Shown here piece by piece: positions 25,660 through 37,342 of a DNA stretch of 64,000 nt. Location: the NCBI RefSeq assembly GCF_018350175.1, contig NC_058382.1, positions 58,778,001 through 58,842,000 on the forward strand. The letters run 5' to 3'. The translations under genes and the position numbers were made by a program. The DNA is from Felis catus (Eukaryota). The number at the start of each line of letters is the position of its first letter. The first letter of the stretch is position 1. The notes beneath the pieces are model-generated. The model was given only the letters and a program-made list of their open reading frames with translations, was not told the origin of the DNA and searched no databases.

Positions 25660-26465
25660 ACCCCTGAACCTTCTAAACTTGCTCCTTCCCAAGTCTTCCC
25701 CATCGTAACTGATGGGCAACATCTCCCAGACGCTCTGGCGGGAAACTTTTGGGTCACCCTTCTCTTCTCTCTTCTTCTCTTCTCTCTTCCCTCCTCCTCC
25801 TCCTTCTCTCCCCTCCCACTCAGGTTCCCTCTCTTTCCCTCATCCTCCCCTGCTTCCCTTCAGGCGGAGCCCAGAGCCCTACCATCCCCATCTGGAGTAT
25901 CAAACAGCCCTCAACAGGCCTCCCGGCTTGCACCTTGCCCACCACCAGTGAAATCTCACGCAACAGACAACTGGATTCTTTAGATCTACTCGAACCCTCC
26001 AAGGGCTCCCACCTGGGCACAATACAATCCAATTCCCTTAAAATGGCCTGAAGCATGAGCTGGTCCCTGCCCTCCCTGGCCCCATCTGTCCCTCCCACAC
26101 TTGCTCCCCACACTCAGCCTCCTTGCTGTCCCCCAGCCATGGAGCCATCTCTGCACCCACTCTCCACAAGGAGCTCAGAGCCCCAGGCATCCACATTGTG
26201 GTCACCACTCTCTTCCAGATCAAATGACTTGATCACAGACTACATGACAGTCCTACTTAAATAACACCGTGCACACTCTCTACCCTGTTCATGCTGCTTG
26301 ATTTTTCTTCGTAGAAACCAGTGCCTCTGCATGCTGCACATTGTCACCTATCTTCCCACACCTGAACATAAGCCTCCTGAGGACAGGGTCCTTAATGGCA
26401 TCTCTAGCACAGACAGCAGAGCCTGGGACACTGTAGGTGCCCACAAGTACTTGTTGAATGAATGC
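25660..26465 (+). mobile_element. L2 LINE 3' region
   Basis: aaacttgctccttcccaagtcttccccatc…; aacataagcctcctgaggacaggg…gtaggtgcccacaagtacttgttgaatgaatg terminus. Confidence 0.8.
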
Positions 26466-27400
26466 ATGGATAGATGGATGGAAGGATGAATGCATGGAAG
26501 GATGAATGCATGGAAGGATGGATGGATGGATGGATGGATGGATGGAAGGATGAATGCATGGAAGGAAGGAAGGATGGATGGATGGATGGATGCATGCATG
26601 CATGGAAGGATGGATGGATGGATGGATGGATGGATGGACGGATGGCCACGTGGAAGGATGGATGGATGGGTGGGTGGATGGATGAGTGGATGGATGGATG
26701 GGTAGATGGATGGATGGGTGGGTGGATGGATGGATGGATGGAAGGATGACCACATGGAAGGATGGATGGATGGGTGGGTGGATGGATGGAAGGGTGGATG
26801 GATGGAAGGATGAATGCATGGAAGGAAGGATGGATGGATGGATGGATGGATGGATGGATGGATGGATGGAAGGATGGATGGATGGATGGATGGATGGATG
26901 GATGGATGGATGGATGGAAGGGTGGATGGATGGAAGGATGAATGCATGGAAGGATGGATGGATGGATGGATGGATGGATGGATGGATGGATGGATGGAAG
27001 GATGGATGGATGGATGGGTGGGTGGATGGATGGATGGATGGATGGAAGGATGGATGGATGGATGGATGGATGGATGGATGGATGGATGGAAGGGTGGATG
27101 GATGGAAGGATGAATGCATGGAAGGATGGATGGATGGATGGATGGATGGATGGATGGATGGATGGATGGAAGGATGGATGGATGGATGGGTGGATGGATG
27201 GAAGGATGGATGACCACATGGAAGGATGGATGGATGGGTGGGTGGATGGATGAGTGGGTGGATAGATGGGTAGATGGATGGAAGGATGGATGGATGGAAG
27301 GCTGTATGCATGGATGGATGGATGGATGATGGATGGATAGATGCATGAATAGATGTATGGATTGATGGATGGATGGGTGGATGGATGGAAGGATGGATGA
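26456..27400. repeat. Complex (GGAT)n microsatellite, about 950 bp
   Basis: GGAT units interrupted by recurring GGAA, GGGT and gaatgcat variants. Confidence 0.98.
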
Positions 27401-28929
27401 ACCATTCTCTCCCGGCCTTTCCCTCCCTCCACTCTGCTCTCAGCTCATACTCTGGGCTGGTCCCTGCCATTTCTGATGACCGTGATAGGCATTCTCCTGG
27501 GAAATTTATTTTCCTATCAAGTTTCCTGCTGCTGATGTCACTGAGATAAAAGGTCCCCACACACTGGCTGTCCGTCACAGGACACTGCTTCGCGCACAGG
27601 ACCAGAGAACGGCAAACGCCCTACCTGGGGATTCTTTACAACTTTATATCCGTTTGCACACCCACTCCTGATCTAAAACAAGCCACAGGCCCCATCTCTC
27701 AGGAGACTTCTTCAGGAAGGACAGACTGCGGGAAGCTCTCTGAAGCGTTCAGTCAAGAAGCTGAGCCGCCCACCCTCCCTAGGTGTCTCCCCGCTTCTGT
27801 GCATCCCTCCAGTGCCTCTCCCTGCCTGCAGGGATGCACCCACAGGGATGGAGAGCCAGGCCTGGAGGGGGCCAGCTGCACGCAAATCCTAGTTACCTCC
27901 CAGGAAGTCGGAGGGGTCAAGGCAGAGCCCAGAGTGTGTCCCAGGCCCGCCAGACTCAGAGGGTGGGGCTAGAGGTCCTGTGGGCAGAGGGCAGGGGCAC
28001 GCTGGCCGGCCGGTCAGCACCTGCCCACCGGACTGAGCTACCCCCCAGGAAATTTTGCTCCTCAACCCTCAGGGCCTGCCAAGTGTCCCTCACCCCCGGC
28101 CGTGTCTGCTCGGGGGTCCCTTTCCTCACTGGCAAGTGAGGTGGGTGGGACTATCACCTGCAGTGGTCACCAGGCTGAGCTGGAGTCGGGGGGGGGTTGT
28201 GCAGGACAAGCTCTCTCCTCTGGGTGCCTGGTGGGGGGGGGGTGACACTTCGTAAGCTGCTGGTGAGGATGAAGCCAGTGAGGTGACACCAAGCTCTTGG
28301 TGAGGTGCGGGGCACAGGCCCAGCCCAGGGCCTGATGGCTGTTGTCATCCGAACTAAGATGCCACATACCCGGCCGTACGCGAGCACTGAGCCACTAACC
28401 AAGCCCTGGGCCCACGGCTGGGTTTAATCTTTCCTGACGGTTGTCGGGGAAAACGGAGCCCCGGCTTTTGTTCTCCCCCTCCCCCCCCAGCCCCAGAGCC
28501 AGGCTGTCGGCATCATGTGTCCTGCCTCCTCCTGTCCATGCAGCCTGCTCCCCGCTGACTGTGCACCTGCCAGCCTGCATCACCTCTCCTGGCAGGAGCC
28601 ACCTGGCCGAGCTCGTGCTTCAGACACCGGGCCCTGGAGGACCCCACCCCCGCTCACTGCCGCCAGTTGGCCCGGCTCTCTCGGCATGCAGCCCCCAAGA
28701 GAAGGTAGCACTCCTACTTATACAGCAGGAACCCTTCCTAACAGGCCCACAGGCAGTGCTTGGATCTGCTTGGGGCGGAGGCTGCTGGCTTCTCTGGTAC
28801 TTCCAAAACTTAAGACGCTACTCCTGAGTCGGCCCTGGTGGGTTTGGGGTGGGAATCCATTCATTCACTCATTCATTCGTTCACTCATTCATTCAATGAT
28901 GGGTGATGTGCTCTACTGTTGTGAGCAGG

Positions 28930-29120
28930 ATAAAAACACAGAGCTCATGACAAAGGAACGAAACCAAAAGCGTCCCAAATGCTTACTCTGGGGAATGGAA
29001 CTGGGGAGGAGCTGGGGAAAAGCAGCATGCCAGTGTTTTCTATTAAAACGTTTTTTCGGATTATTTGATCTTTCTTAACTATGTGCATTTATTGTGTCTG
29101 AGAAAACAAAAATATAAACG
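28930..29120 (+). mobile_element. L1ME-like 3' end fragment
   Basis: ttactctggggaatgg…tatttgatcttttcttaactatgtgcatttatt…aaaaatataa. Confidence 0.55.
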
Positions 29121-29199
29121 GGAATTAGGTCAACCCCTTGCTGAAGCCCCTCCCCAGTGTAGAAACTCACAGAACACGACCCCACATCTTCTCATGGAC

Positions 29200-29480
29200 T
29201 CCCACGCTGCTCTGGGGAAGCCCTTTCCTGCCACAGGGCCTTAGCACATGCCGTTCCTGCCTTCGGAGTGCTCTCAGCCTGCCTTGTCACTGTCGACTCA
29301 GATTAAATTTCATCAGGTCTTCCGATCCTAATTACATGTCTGTGTGGTTCTTGGACTACATGCTCCTCCCTGATAGATTCCAAGTTCCTGGGGGACAGGG
29401 ACCACGTGTGTTCACACACGGATATGTGCCAGCCCCCAGCACAGTTCTGGCTCGTGTTGGTTCTCCGCACTTGCCCGATA
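29200..29480 (+). mobile_element. L2 fragment
   Basis: cctgccacagggccttagcacatgccgttcc…aagttcctgggggacagggaccacgtg…ccagcccccagcacag. Confidence 0.75.
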
Positions 29481-29919
29481 CAACAAAGAGGTAAAATTCA
29501 CCCGTCGGGACAAAACGCGTAGAAGCCTCTCTCACACGCACACAGTGCCAGCTTTTCCCGCTTAATAAAATGCAGGGGACGCCAGTGTCCTCCTCATTAG
29601 GCACCAGCAGACAGGCCTCTGAGCGGTGACGGGGGTCGGTGAGCTTGGCCTGCCCGTAGACCTGAACAGACGTGTGTAAAAGGAAGGAGAAAGGTCTCCA
29701 GCAAACCATCCCCCTGGGGTCCGACCACGACGAAAATCCCACCAGAAAAGCCACTCCTCTGGACTCAGGACAGGCAACATGTGAAAACAGTACTGAGATC
29801 AGATGACGTAACGCCCGTGGCCATACCCCGGGACGCGACCTTCCTGGACACTGCGGCTTCCCCTCCATCCTCCTGACGCCCACCTGCCCCCCTGGGGCTC
29901 TCAACCCAGGCTCACCTAG

Positions 29920-29950
29920 TGCACTTCGTCCTCGCCACCAGGGGGCGCAG
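29920..29950 (+). promoter_or_regulatory. CTCF binding site (core plus candidate upstream motif)
   Basis: tcgCCACCAGGGGGCGCag at 29932-29950 matches the canonical CTCF core; TGCACTTCG at 29920-29928 lies 6 bp upstream of the core. Confidence 0.8.
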
Positions 29951-29999
29951 GGGAGTCCCGTCCGGGCACCTGGAGACCAGGTTGGGGAGATACTCCTTG

Positions 30000-30190
30000 C
30001 TCTAACTTGGGTTTCATCCCAGACACCCGAAAACCTAGGTAAAAATTAAACAGACGAGCAGAAAAGAACCCCCAGATTCCTTCACCTGAGCCCTGGAGGG
30101 CCTGGTTTGTGGCAGACCCTGGGGATTTGGGGGTTTTGCATCAGGCGGCTTGGCTGATCTTCACGCAGCTGGCCGTGGACCACGTGTGGG
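30000..30190. mobile_element. MER5B-like hAT fragment
   Basis: cagattcc…gctgatcttcacgcagctggccgtggaccac. Confidence 0.45.
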
Positions 30191-30559
30191 CTCGCCCACA
30201 CCCTCCACAGGGAAACCCAGTGTCCCCCAGCATGGACCACAGACCGCGAGGGGCTGCGGAGAACAAGGAGGAGCCCTCATGCGCGGCTTCGTTCCCGTCT
30301 TCGGATCAGGCCCAGATGTCCTGCTCCCTGCACTCGTGGGAGGGGCGGGCAGGGGTCCCGGGGTGATGAGAGGGGCACCCGCGGAGTGCAGGGGGGCCGA
30401 GGCTGCTGGGGGAGGAGTCAGCTTACTTCTCTGCGGACGCCCAGGGCCTGCGTGTGAATTTTTCCTTTTTCCCTTTTTATGTATTGATTTGTCAAGGAGT
30501 TTTTAGTTCGACTCTCGTACAGAGGGCTGGTCCATCACAGCCGTCAGCTGCGGGGGCTC

Positions 30560-30970
30560 GCGTTTCCTCCCGGGGCCCGGTGACCACACACCCCTTTGCT
30601 TTGTTTCTGCAATCCCATCCCACCACTTGGGCAACTGTCCCTTGCGCCCGTGTGTCGTATAAGCAATCGGCCTCGGCGGTCTCGTGTCAAACGCGCGGAA
30701 TTCTCCTTGGCCTCCCCCCGCAGCACGGTATGAAGATCTACCCATGGTGTCGGGTGCCCCAGTCCCATCTGCAACCGGGGCCCGTGCGGCGGGCACCCTC
30801 ACTGTGCCGTCCACTGTCCCTGGTCCTCGACACCCCCGGCGACACTCGGGTGGTGTCTCTGGGCCCGCCCCGCATGGGCCCGGTGAGGATTCTGCAGGAC
30901 GCTTCCCGGCCTGGGGTGTGGCCGGGTCCCGGCACGAGTGGATGGACACTTGAGGCGTCTACTAACCGGT
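30560..30970 (-). mobile_element. Ancient L1M remnant, extremely GC-shifted
   Basis: tgaagatctacccatggtgtcgggtg and ctggggtgtggccgggtcc echo the antisense L1 motifs gagattcatccatgttgttgcatgt and aggagtggaattgctgggtca. Confidence 0.4.
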
Positions 30971-31484
30971 CGGGACTTTGTTTCCCCCTGGACCGTAAGG
31001 GGAGAAAGAATTCATTTGATAGACGCAAGTATTCTCTGACATGTGTGACGTGTGCGTCGCTGGGCCCTGGGCGACAGAAAAGCAACGTCAAGTTGGACGT
31101 AGGTACCCTGTTGAGTACATGGGGCGCGCTCACTCGGAGAGCGGCTAAGAAACGGACGGCGGTATCTCCGTTCTTTGCGCTTCGGGCCTGTCTTCAAAAT
31201 CTTCTGAAACCAAACGCGAGGACGCCCTCCGTGTCGGCAAACGCAGGGGAGTCAGGAAGGCCCAAAGCGCGGTCGCAGAACGCAGAGCCCCCAGCGTGGA
31301 ACCCGCTGCGGCCGGTAGAGCCCAGAGCCCTCCCGAGGAAGGGGCCGGGGGCACTCAGCACACGGTCGGCCTCAGACAGAGCCCGCTTTTAGTCCTTTGA
31401 CACACGTCACGTCCGGGGCAGGACTCCACAGACGGCGAGACCGCGGGGTGAGACAAAGCTGGAAACTCCCGGCCGCTCCGGTCT

Positions 31485-31570
31485 TCCCTCATTTCACAGT
31501 TGTGGAAGCTCAGAGAGGTGGAGTGCCTGCCCCGAGGTCACACAGCTACGCCGTGGCACAGCCAGGCTGA
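31485..31570 (-). mobile_element. MIR core
   Basis: catttcacagttgtggaagctcagagaggtggagtgcctgcccgaggtcacacagct. Confidence 0.8.
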
Positions 31571-32164
31571 GTTCCTCTTCGTCCAGGACTTCCTGTGTGA
31601 CACACTCAGCCCCAAGCGGGAGGAGGGAGTGGCGGAGGCCCTCACGGGGCCGTCGGGGCAAAGGTCTGTGGCGATGCTCGGCGGCCTGACTTTACAGACG
31701 CGGAGGTGGGTGAAGCGACTCCACCAAGGACACGGAGGGAGCCCGCCGGGCCTCACTCAGCCCTCCCCACCCCGGGCTGCCCCCCACCCCCACCCCAGAG
31801 ACGCAGAAAGCCAAACCCGCACTCAGCTGGCGGCTTCGGTTTCCCGGCCAAGCTCATTTTGACATTACAAGACAAAAAGCACAAATGTGTTCCAGCGGGA
31901 CAGGCTGTTACCGCGGTGCCATTCATCGGGGTTTACGATTTTCCTGGAGCCTCTCGGCCGGGTGATGCCAGAGAGCGAGCCAGAAAAAGAAAATTCTTAG
32001 GTGACGTAAATGCAGTCAAGACACTTGAGAGCGAGAGGCATGCGTTTTCCTGCCCCGGGAAGGGGTGGGGTGTGGGGGATGGGGCCATCTTAGCGCCAAA
32101 TAGAGAAGAGAAAACGAAAAATCCCCGGTGCCTGCGAACGCATCTCATCGTGCACGACCGCTAC

Positions 32165-32410
32165 CCGTCCCCGCCTTTGTTTCTGAGCAGAAATGGCTCT
32201 GACTTAATGAGCACTCTGTGTAATTAACGGCTGAAGGACACCTATTAAACCATTAGGGCTGAGGTCACCCAAGAGGGCATTAGACAGTCAGGACGTTAAT
32301 TGTATTATTTTATTTCCAGAGAAAGGTTATTTTGGTGGAGCCAGGCTTGCCAGAGAAGAAGGTGATAAGATCAGATGCCCTCGTTAACTGCCAGATACCC
32401 AGTTAGGGGT
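32165..32410. promoter_or_regulatory. Candidate enhancer / conserved element
   Basis: CTTTGTT (32175), TTAATGA (32204), TAATTA (32221), AGGTCA (32262), TTAATTG (32296), TGATAA (32363) in an AT-rich non-repeat island. Confidence 0.45.
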
Positions 32411-33682
32411 TCGAGCAGACAGGGCTCCGATCACAGTCCAGACGCGGCCGGGCCGCAGGGATCTGTTTCAAGCCAGAGGAAAGCTCTAGAGGCCCGGAGC
32501 CCGGCCTGGGGGCTTGGGTGACCGGCTCACTCCTGCTCTCCTGGGATGGCCTGGTTTTAGCACCCCAGAAACACCCTCAGAAGCCTCCTTTGCACGCTCT
32601 CGGGGGCTTAGCTCGAGTGGGTACCTTCCGACGAAAGACAGTGCTCTCTCCTCTGGGAGAAGCCGGACTTGGTGCCCAGCTTTGGGTCTCTCTCCTGGCA
32701 GCCGCCCGAAACATTCTTCCAGGCAAAAAGGAAGGGGAGGGAAGGAGAGGGAAGGAGGGAAGGAGGGAAGGAGAGGGAGATGGGGTGAGGGACAGCCGCT
32801 CCCCGGGGAGGAGCGGCTCGCTCTGGGGGGCAGTGAGTCTCTACGGGAAGGTGTCTGTGGCGCCTTCTCCCATCAGCCGAGACACCGGCCCTGTCCGAGG
32901 GATGGACGTCCCAAGGGCAAAGTCGTTCTCTCTCCTCCCCCGTGTTTGTGCAACATACCAGCCAGAATCGGCCGCCCTTTATTAAAAACACCTGGCCATT
33001 AAGAGGCTGTGCCCCACGGCGAGATAGAAACCCGGATGGTAGGTCGTTTCTGCTCTCGGACCAGGCTGTTCCAGCCGGGGACAGCCCCGCCGTGGTCGTG
33101 GCCGTGGCCAGGCTGCCCCTCTCTGCCCCTCATCCACAGATGGTTCCTGACGTGGCCCTCGAGGCGCCGTGGGGAGGGCAGAAGTGGAGGCCAAGTCGGA
33201 GAGTGTCTGGAAGATGGTCTAACTCACTGGAGACGTAAGGTGACACGTGAGCAGGCCCCGTGTCCTGGGTTTTCGTGGGCGATACGTGGTCCCGTGGGTC
33301 ACAGCTTTGGGCTGTAGAGAACGTACTGGAGGCCCCACAAATACTTTAGGGGCCGCAATCATGGGAGCAGGACTGAGCTGATGTTAAAGGCCCGGCTCAC
33401 ACGATCACAGGGGCCGTCTTTCTACTTAAAACGACTCTAGACGCATCCGCTGTAGATCAGTAATAGAAGGCAATTCTCCCTCCTCTCTCCCTCGTTCTCT
33501 CCCTCGTTCCCTCCCTCGTTCTCTCCCTCTCTCCCTCATAAAGCAACCCACAGGAATTTACGGCGTGCCAGTAATAATGACGATAATGAATATTTAAATA
33601 CACGAGTGCTTCCTTTTTGCCAACCAAGCCTACTTGTTTGGGACGTATTCCTTTGTCTCAACTTCGCACCTATTTTATGCCA

Positions 33683-34030
33683 TTTTTCTTTTCTTCTTCT
33701 TTTCTTTAACGTTTATTTATTTTTGAGACAGAGACAGAGCATGGGTGGGGGAGGGGCAGAGAGAGAGGGAGACACAGAATCCGAAGCAGGCTCCAGGCTC
33801 TGAGCTGTCAGACCAGAGCCTGACGCGGGGCTTGAACCCAGAGACTGTGAGATCATGACCTGAGCTGAGGCCAGGGGAGGGGCAGAGAGAGAGGGAGACA
33901 GAATCCAAAGCAGGCTCCAGGCTCCAAGATGTCAGCACAGAGCCCGACGCGGGGCTCGAGCTCACAAACTGCGAGATCATGACCTGAGCTGAGGTCGAAC
34001 GCTCAACTGACTGAGCCACCCGGGAGCCCC
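33683..34030 (-). mobile_element. CAN-SINE with internal duplication of about 123 bp
   Basis: Body segment present twice (33748-33870 and 33874-33994) with one head and one tail. Confidence 0.93.
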
Positions 34031-34039
34031 ATACACTAT

Positions 34040-34510
34040 TTTTCTTTTATTGTTGTGAAGCAAACATAACAGAATTTGCCATTTTCACCGTGTTCAGGGG
34101 TCGGTTCAGGGGCTTCGAGCACACTCATGTTGTGCAGCTATCCCACCGTCTGCTTCCAGAACTTTCTCACCTTCCCGAACCACAGCTCTGTCCCCATTAC
34201 ACGCCAACCACCACCCCGTCCTCAGCCCCCGGCGCCACCCTCCCCCCCATCTGCTTTCTGTCTCCATGGACCGGACTCCTCTAGGGGCCTTGCGTGAGGG
34301 GGACCCTACGGTGTCTGTCCTGTTGTGACGGGCTTACCTCCCCCAGCGTGCTGTCTTCAAGGTCCGTCCACGTTGGAGCAGGTGTTAGAATCTGCTTCCT
34401 TTTTAAGGCTGAGTAATATTCCGTCGTCCGTCCAAGACACATTCCGTCTGTCCGTCCCTCCGCTGAGGGACGGCTGGGCCGTTTGTCCTCACCGCCCATT
34501 CGGTGAGGCT
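34040..34510 (-). mobile_element. L1MB-like 3' end
   Basis: acataacagaatttgccattttcacc…ttccagaactttctcaccttcccgaac…ttcctttttaaggctgagtaatattcc. Confidence 0.85.
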
Positions 34511-35079
34511 TAACTAAAGAAAACATTCTTCCGGGCTCTCGTGGTTCCTGCCGTGATACATGGGACAGAATTCAGGCTGGTTTCCGATGCCTTGGCGTCT
34601 CGTTCTCACAGAAGACCTGACACTCCCGGGGTGCCAGCCGGGAGGTTTTTGTTTCTTCTGCGGCCACGGTGGGAGGCAGACCCCCGTCCCGACCCCACTC
34701 TCCTCAGCCAACAGGAAGCTCAGACGCGTACACGCTGCTCCATCCCGGCAGTCACGGAAAATGCTGGAGTCAGCCCTCATGGGTCCCAGCTGGCTTCTTC
34801 TCGTAGGAGTCCAACAGACCCCAAATCCCGTGTGTCCCACGGACCCCCCTCTTGCCAACCAGCCCCACCGGGGGAGGAAACCTGCTTCTCTCCCTGTTCC
34901 GTGCTGGGAATGCTTTGATGGGCTTTGCTCCCGCTTGACCATTCCCAGATTGTCGGTGTTTGGAAGTTTCTCCAAAGATTTTCGTTCATAAACAATCAGC
35001 AGCAGCCAGGAACAGGCTCTCCCTCTGCCCCGCTCCTGTGCGCTGACATTACAACCCGGCTCCTCAGCATAAACAGAGC

Positions 35080-35720
35080 TGATCACTTTATACCCTTCGT
35101 ATATTGTTTCTTAAGAGGAATGAGGTGAAACGGTGAACCGGTAGTCGTTCAAGTGATCGCCTAACGTAAACTGACAGCTTGCGTTGGCGTGTTTAGCTTC
35201 AGAAACTGTGAAAATGGTCACAGCTTCGTAATTAACTCGCATTCACTTAACCCCGACGTTCACTTGGTTGTTACTGGGATTTTTAATCAAGGAACCAGGA
35301 TTCATTCCGCTGGACGAGGGTTTGATCTGGTCTGTGCCCCCTTTACTTGCGGCCCCCAACCGGCTTCCCCGGAGAAGACAAGCATGTTACACAGCATCAC
35401 CAACACCGGGCACCGGGGCCGGGGCGGACGGGGCTCCCGGCCAAGTCGGGGGCACGCTTTCAAAAGAAACAGCGAGGTTTTACCTTTTTGCCAACGGTTC
35501 TGTAGGCAACATTTGCTTTCTATTTTCCCTTTTTTTTTTTTCATTAAATCACTTTCATAAACTCCTCAAAAGTTTCAGTTTATTCAGTGACAATTAGTTT
35601 ATGGCATTTCTGAAGTGGGTTTAGTTTGAGTGATAAAGTTACGAGCCAAAATTGCAGCCATAATGGAAAATCCTGGTTCGTGTTTGGCCTTGAAGACCAC
35701 GGCTGGAAGATTACGGGCCG
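35080..35720. promoter_or_regulatory. Candidate enhancer / conserved element, homeodomain-motif rich
   Basis: TCGTAATTAA (35226), CATTAA (35542), CATAAA (35556), TGACAATTAG (35588), TTTATGG (35598), TGATAA (35631). Confidence 0.45.
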
Positions 35721-36314
35721 ATGCCAACGAGCAGGAAGAAGTATCAGTCACAGAGCGTTCTTGTCCACAGGCAGCGGGATCCCCGGGTTCGGCGGCGAGG
35801 ACGCGAGGACGTGAGGACGCGAGGACGCGAGGCCGCGCCGCGGCCCCGGCGGGAGGCCGCCTCTTCCTGCCGCTGATGCTGGGACGGGGAGAAGTGGATT
35901 TGCCCGCGCCTGACAGGTGGACGCAGAACAGGGCTCGGCTGCTCATTTGCCTCCTCTCGCCCTGAAACACGTTCTTTCTTTCTTAAACCCCAGAGCTAGC
36001 ACTTTTCCTGAATTCCAGCCCGGCTGATTGCATCTCAGTTTCTTGGTGTTTAACGGAGACCTTCCTGAGCTGTTTCCTGATAGCAGCTGGGAGCCTTTTG
36101 AACAGTCAGCAGCGGGATTCTGGAACAATCTAAACTTGCAATGGCAGTTCCAGGGGCAGGGCCGACTTTGAACTGGAGCAGGAAGAGCCACAGGCAGCCA
36201 GCTCACCCGCTTCCAAGCTCTCTTCCTTTGCACGGCTCCGACCCCGACAGCCCACCCCCACCCCAGGCCCTGTTATCCTTGGGGGGGTGTGGGAGGAGCG
36301 CTGATGGGAACCAG

Positions 36315-36650
36315 GCTTTATTGACCATCTAGTGCATCCCAGCACTGCGGGTGCAGCTGTGGGCTGGACAGGCCAGATCCTTGCCCTCCCTGGTGGCCAG
36401 AGAATACAGATAACACAGAGAATAAAACAGCACAGGGACCAGAGCATTCCAGATAGCGATTAGAGCTATGAGGAAAATGAATAGGGCAGGGCAGGCTGCT
36501 GGGACAGCCAGAGCAGGCAAGGGCCGCCTCTCTGAGAAAGTGGCCACCGAGCTCAGACCGAAGGATGAGGAGCGGCCAGCCAAGTGATGAGCTGAGAGAG
36601 CACACGCCCCGCAGAGGGACCAGCATGTGCAAAGGCCCTGAGGTTATGTG
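36315..36650 (-). mobile_element. L2 fragment
   Basis: gcctctctgagaaagtgg…gagctcagaccgaaggatgag…cagagggaccagcatgtgcaaaggccctgagg. Confidence 0.8.
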
Positions 36651-37054
36651 GTTCTTACAGGTGTTGAAGACACAGAAAGGACTCTCAACTGCATGAGCAC
36701 TGGGTCAAGGAAGCACGTGACAGTGCCCAGTGGTGTGGTTGCAGCAGGATGCCCCCTGTCCTGCCAGCCCTTCTCCGGCCCTCCCCAGTGCTCCGTCCCC
36801 TCCTCCCCGGCCCCCTCGCCCCCAGCATGTGACAGACTCCTGGCAGTCGACCCTCGACCCACTTCTCATTTCACACATCCTGCTGAAGACCCCCTTCCTC
36901 TCCACCTTCGGCCGCCTCCGGTGGGCAGGAGGGAACACAGGAAACAGACTTTTTGACCCAAGGGTCCCAAGTCTGAGTACATACTGGGAACAAGCCCTCC
37001 GTCTGGGTGAGCTGCCTGCTGGGAAGAGACAGACAGATGGATAGACAGACAGAT

Positions 37055-37057
<3 letters not shown>

Positions 37058-37105
<48 letters not shown>
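37058..37105. repeat. (GA)n microsatellite, about 24 units
   Basis: Direct reading. Confidence 0.97.
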
Positions 37106-37108
<3 letters not shown>

Positions 37109-37130
37109 ATAGATGATAAATACTTCAAAA

Positions 37131-37342
37131 AATGTTTAATGTTTATTCATTTTTGAGAGACAGAGAGAGACAGAACATGAGCAGGGGATGGGCAGAGAGA
37201 GAGGGAGACCCAGAATCAGAAGCAGGCTCCAGGCTCTGAGCCATCAGCACAGAGCCCGACGTGGGGCTCGAACCCACGAACCGCGACATCATGACCTGAG
37301 CCAAAGGTGGACGCTCAACTGACTGAACCACCCAGGCGCCCC
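37131..37342 (-). mobile_element. CAN-SINE, full length, with TSD
   Basis: Canonical body; attgatagatgata at 37105-37118 and 37344-37357. Confidence 0.96.

Noticed and set aside
26289..27578. 429-aa HPSI / MDGW repeat ORFs
   Set aside because: Translations of the (GGAT)n microsatellite.
30454..31392. 312-aa ORF (also 499-1191, 8437-9147, 40173-41015, 47292-48086, 53157-53990)
   Set aside because: Arg/Gly/Pro/Ala-rich with no recognisable domain, several overlapping degenerate repeats; such ORFs are expected in GC-rich, stop-poor DNA.
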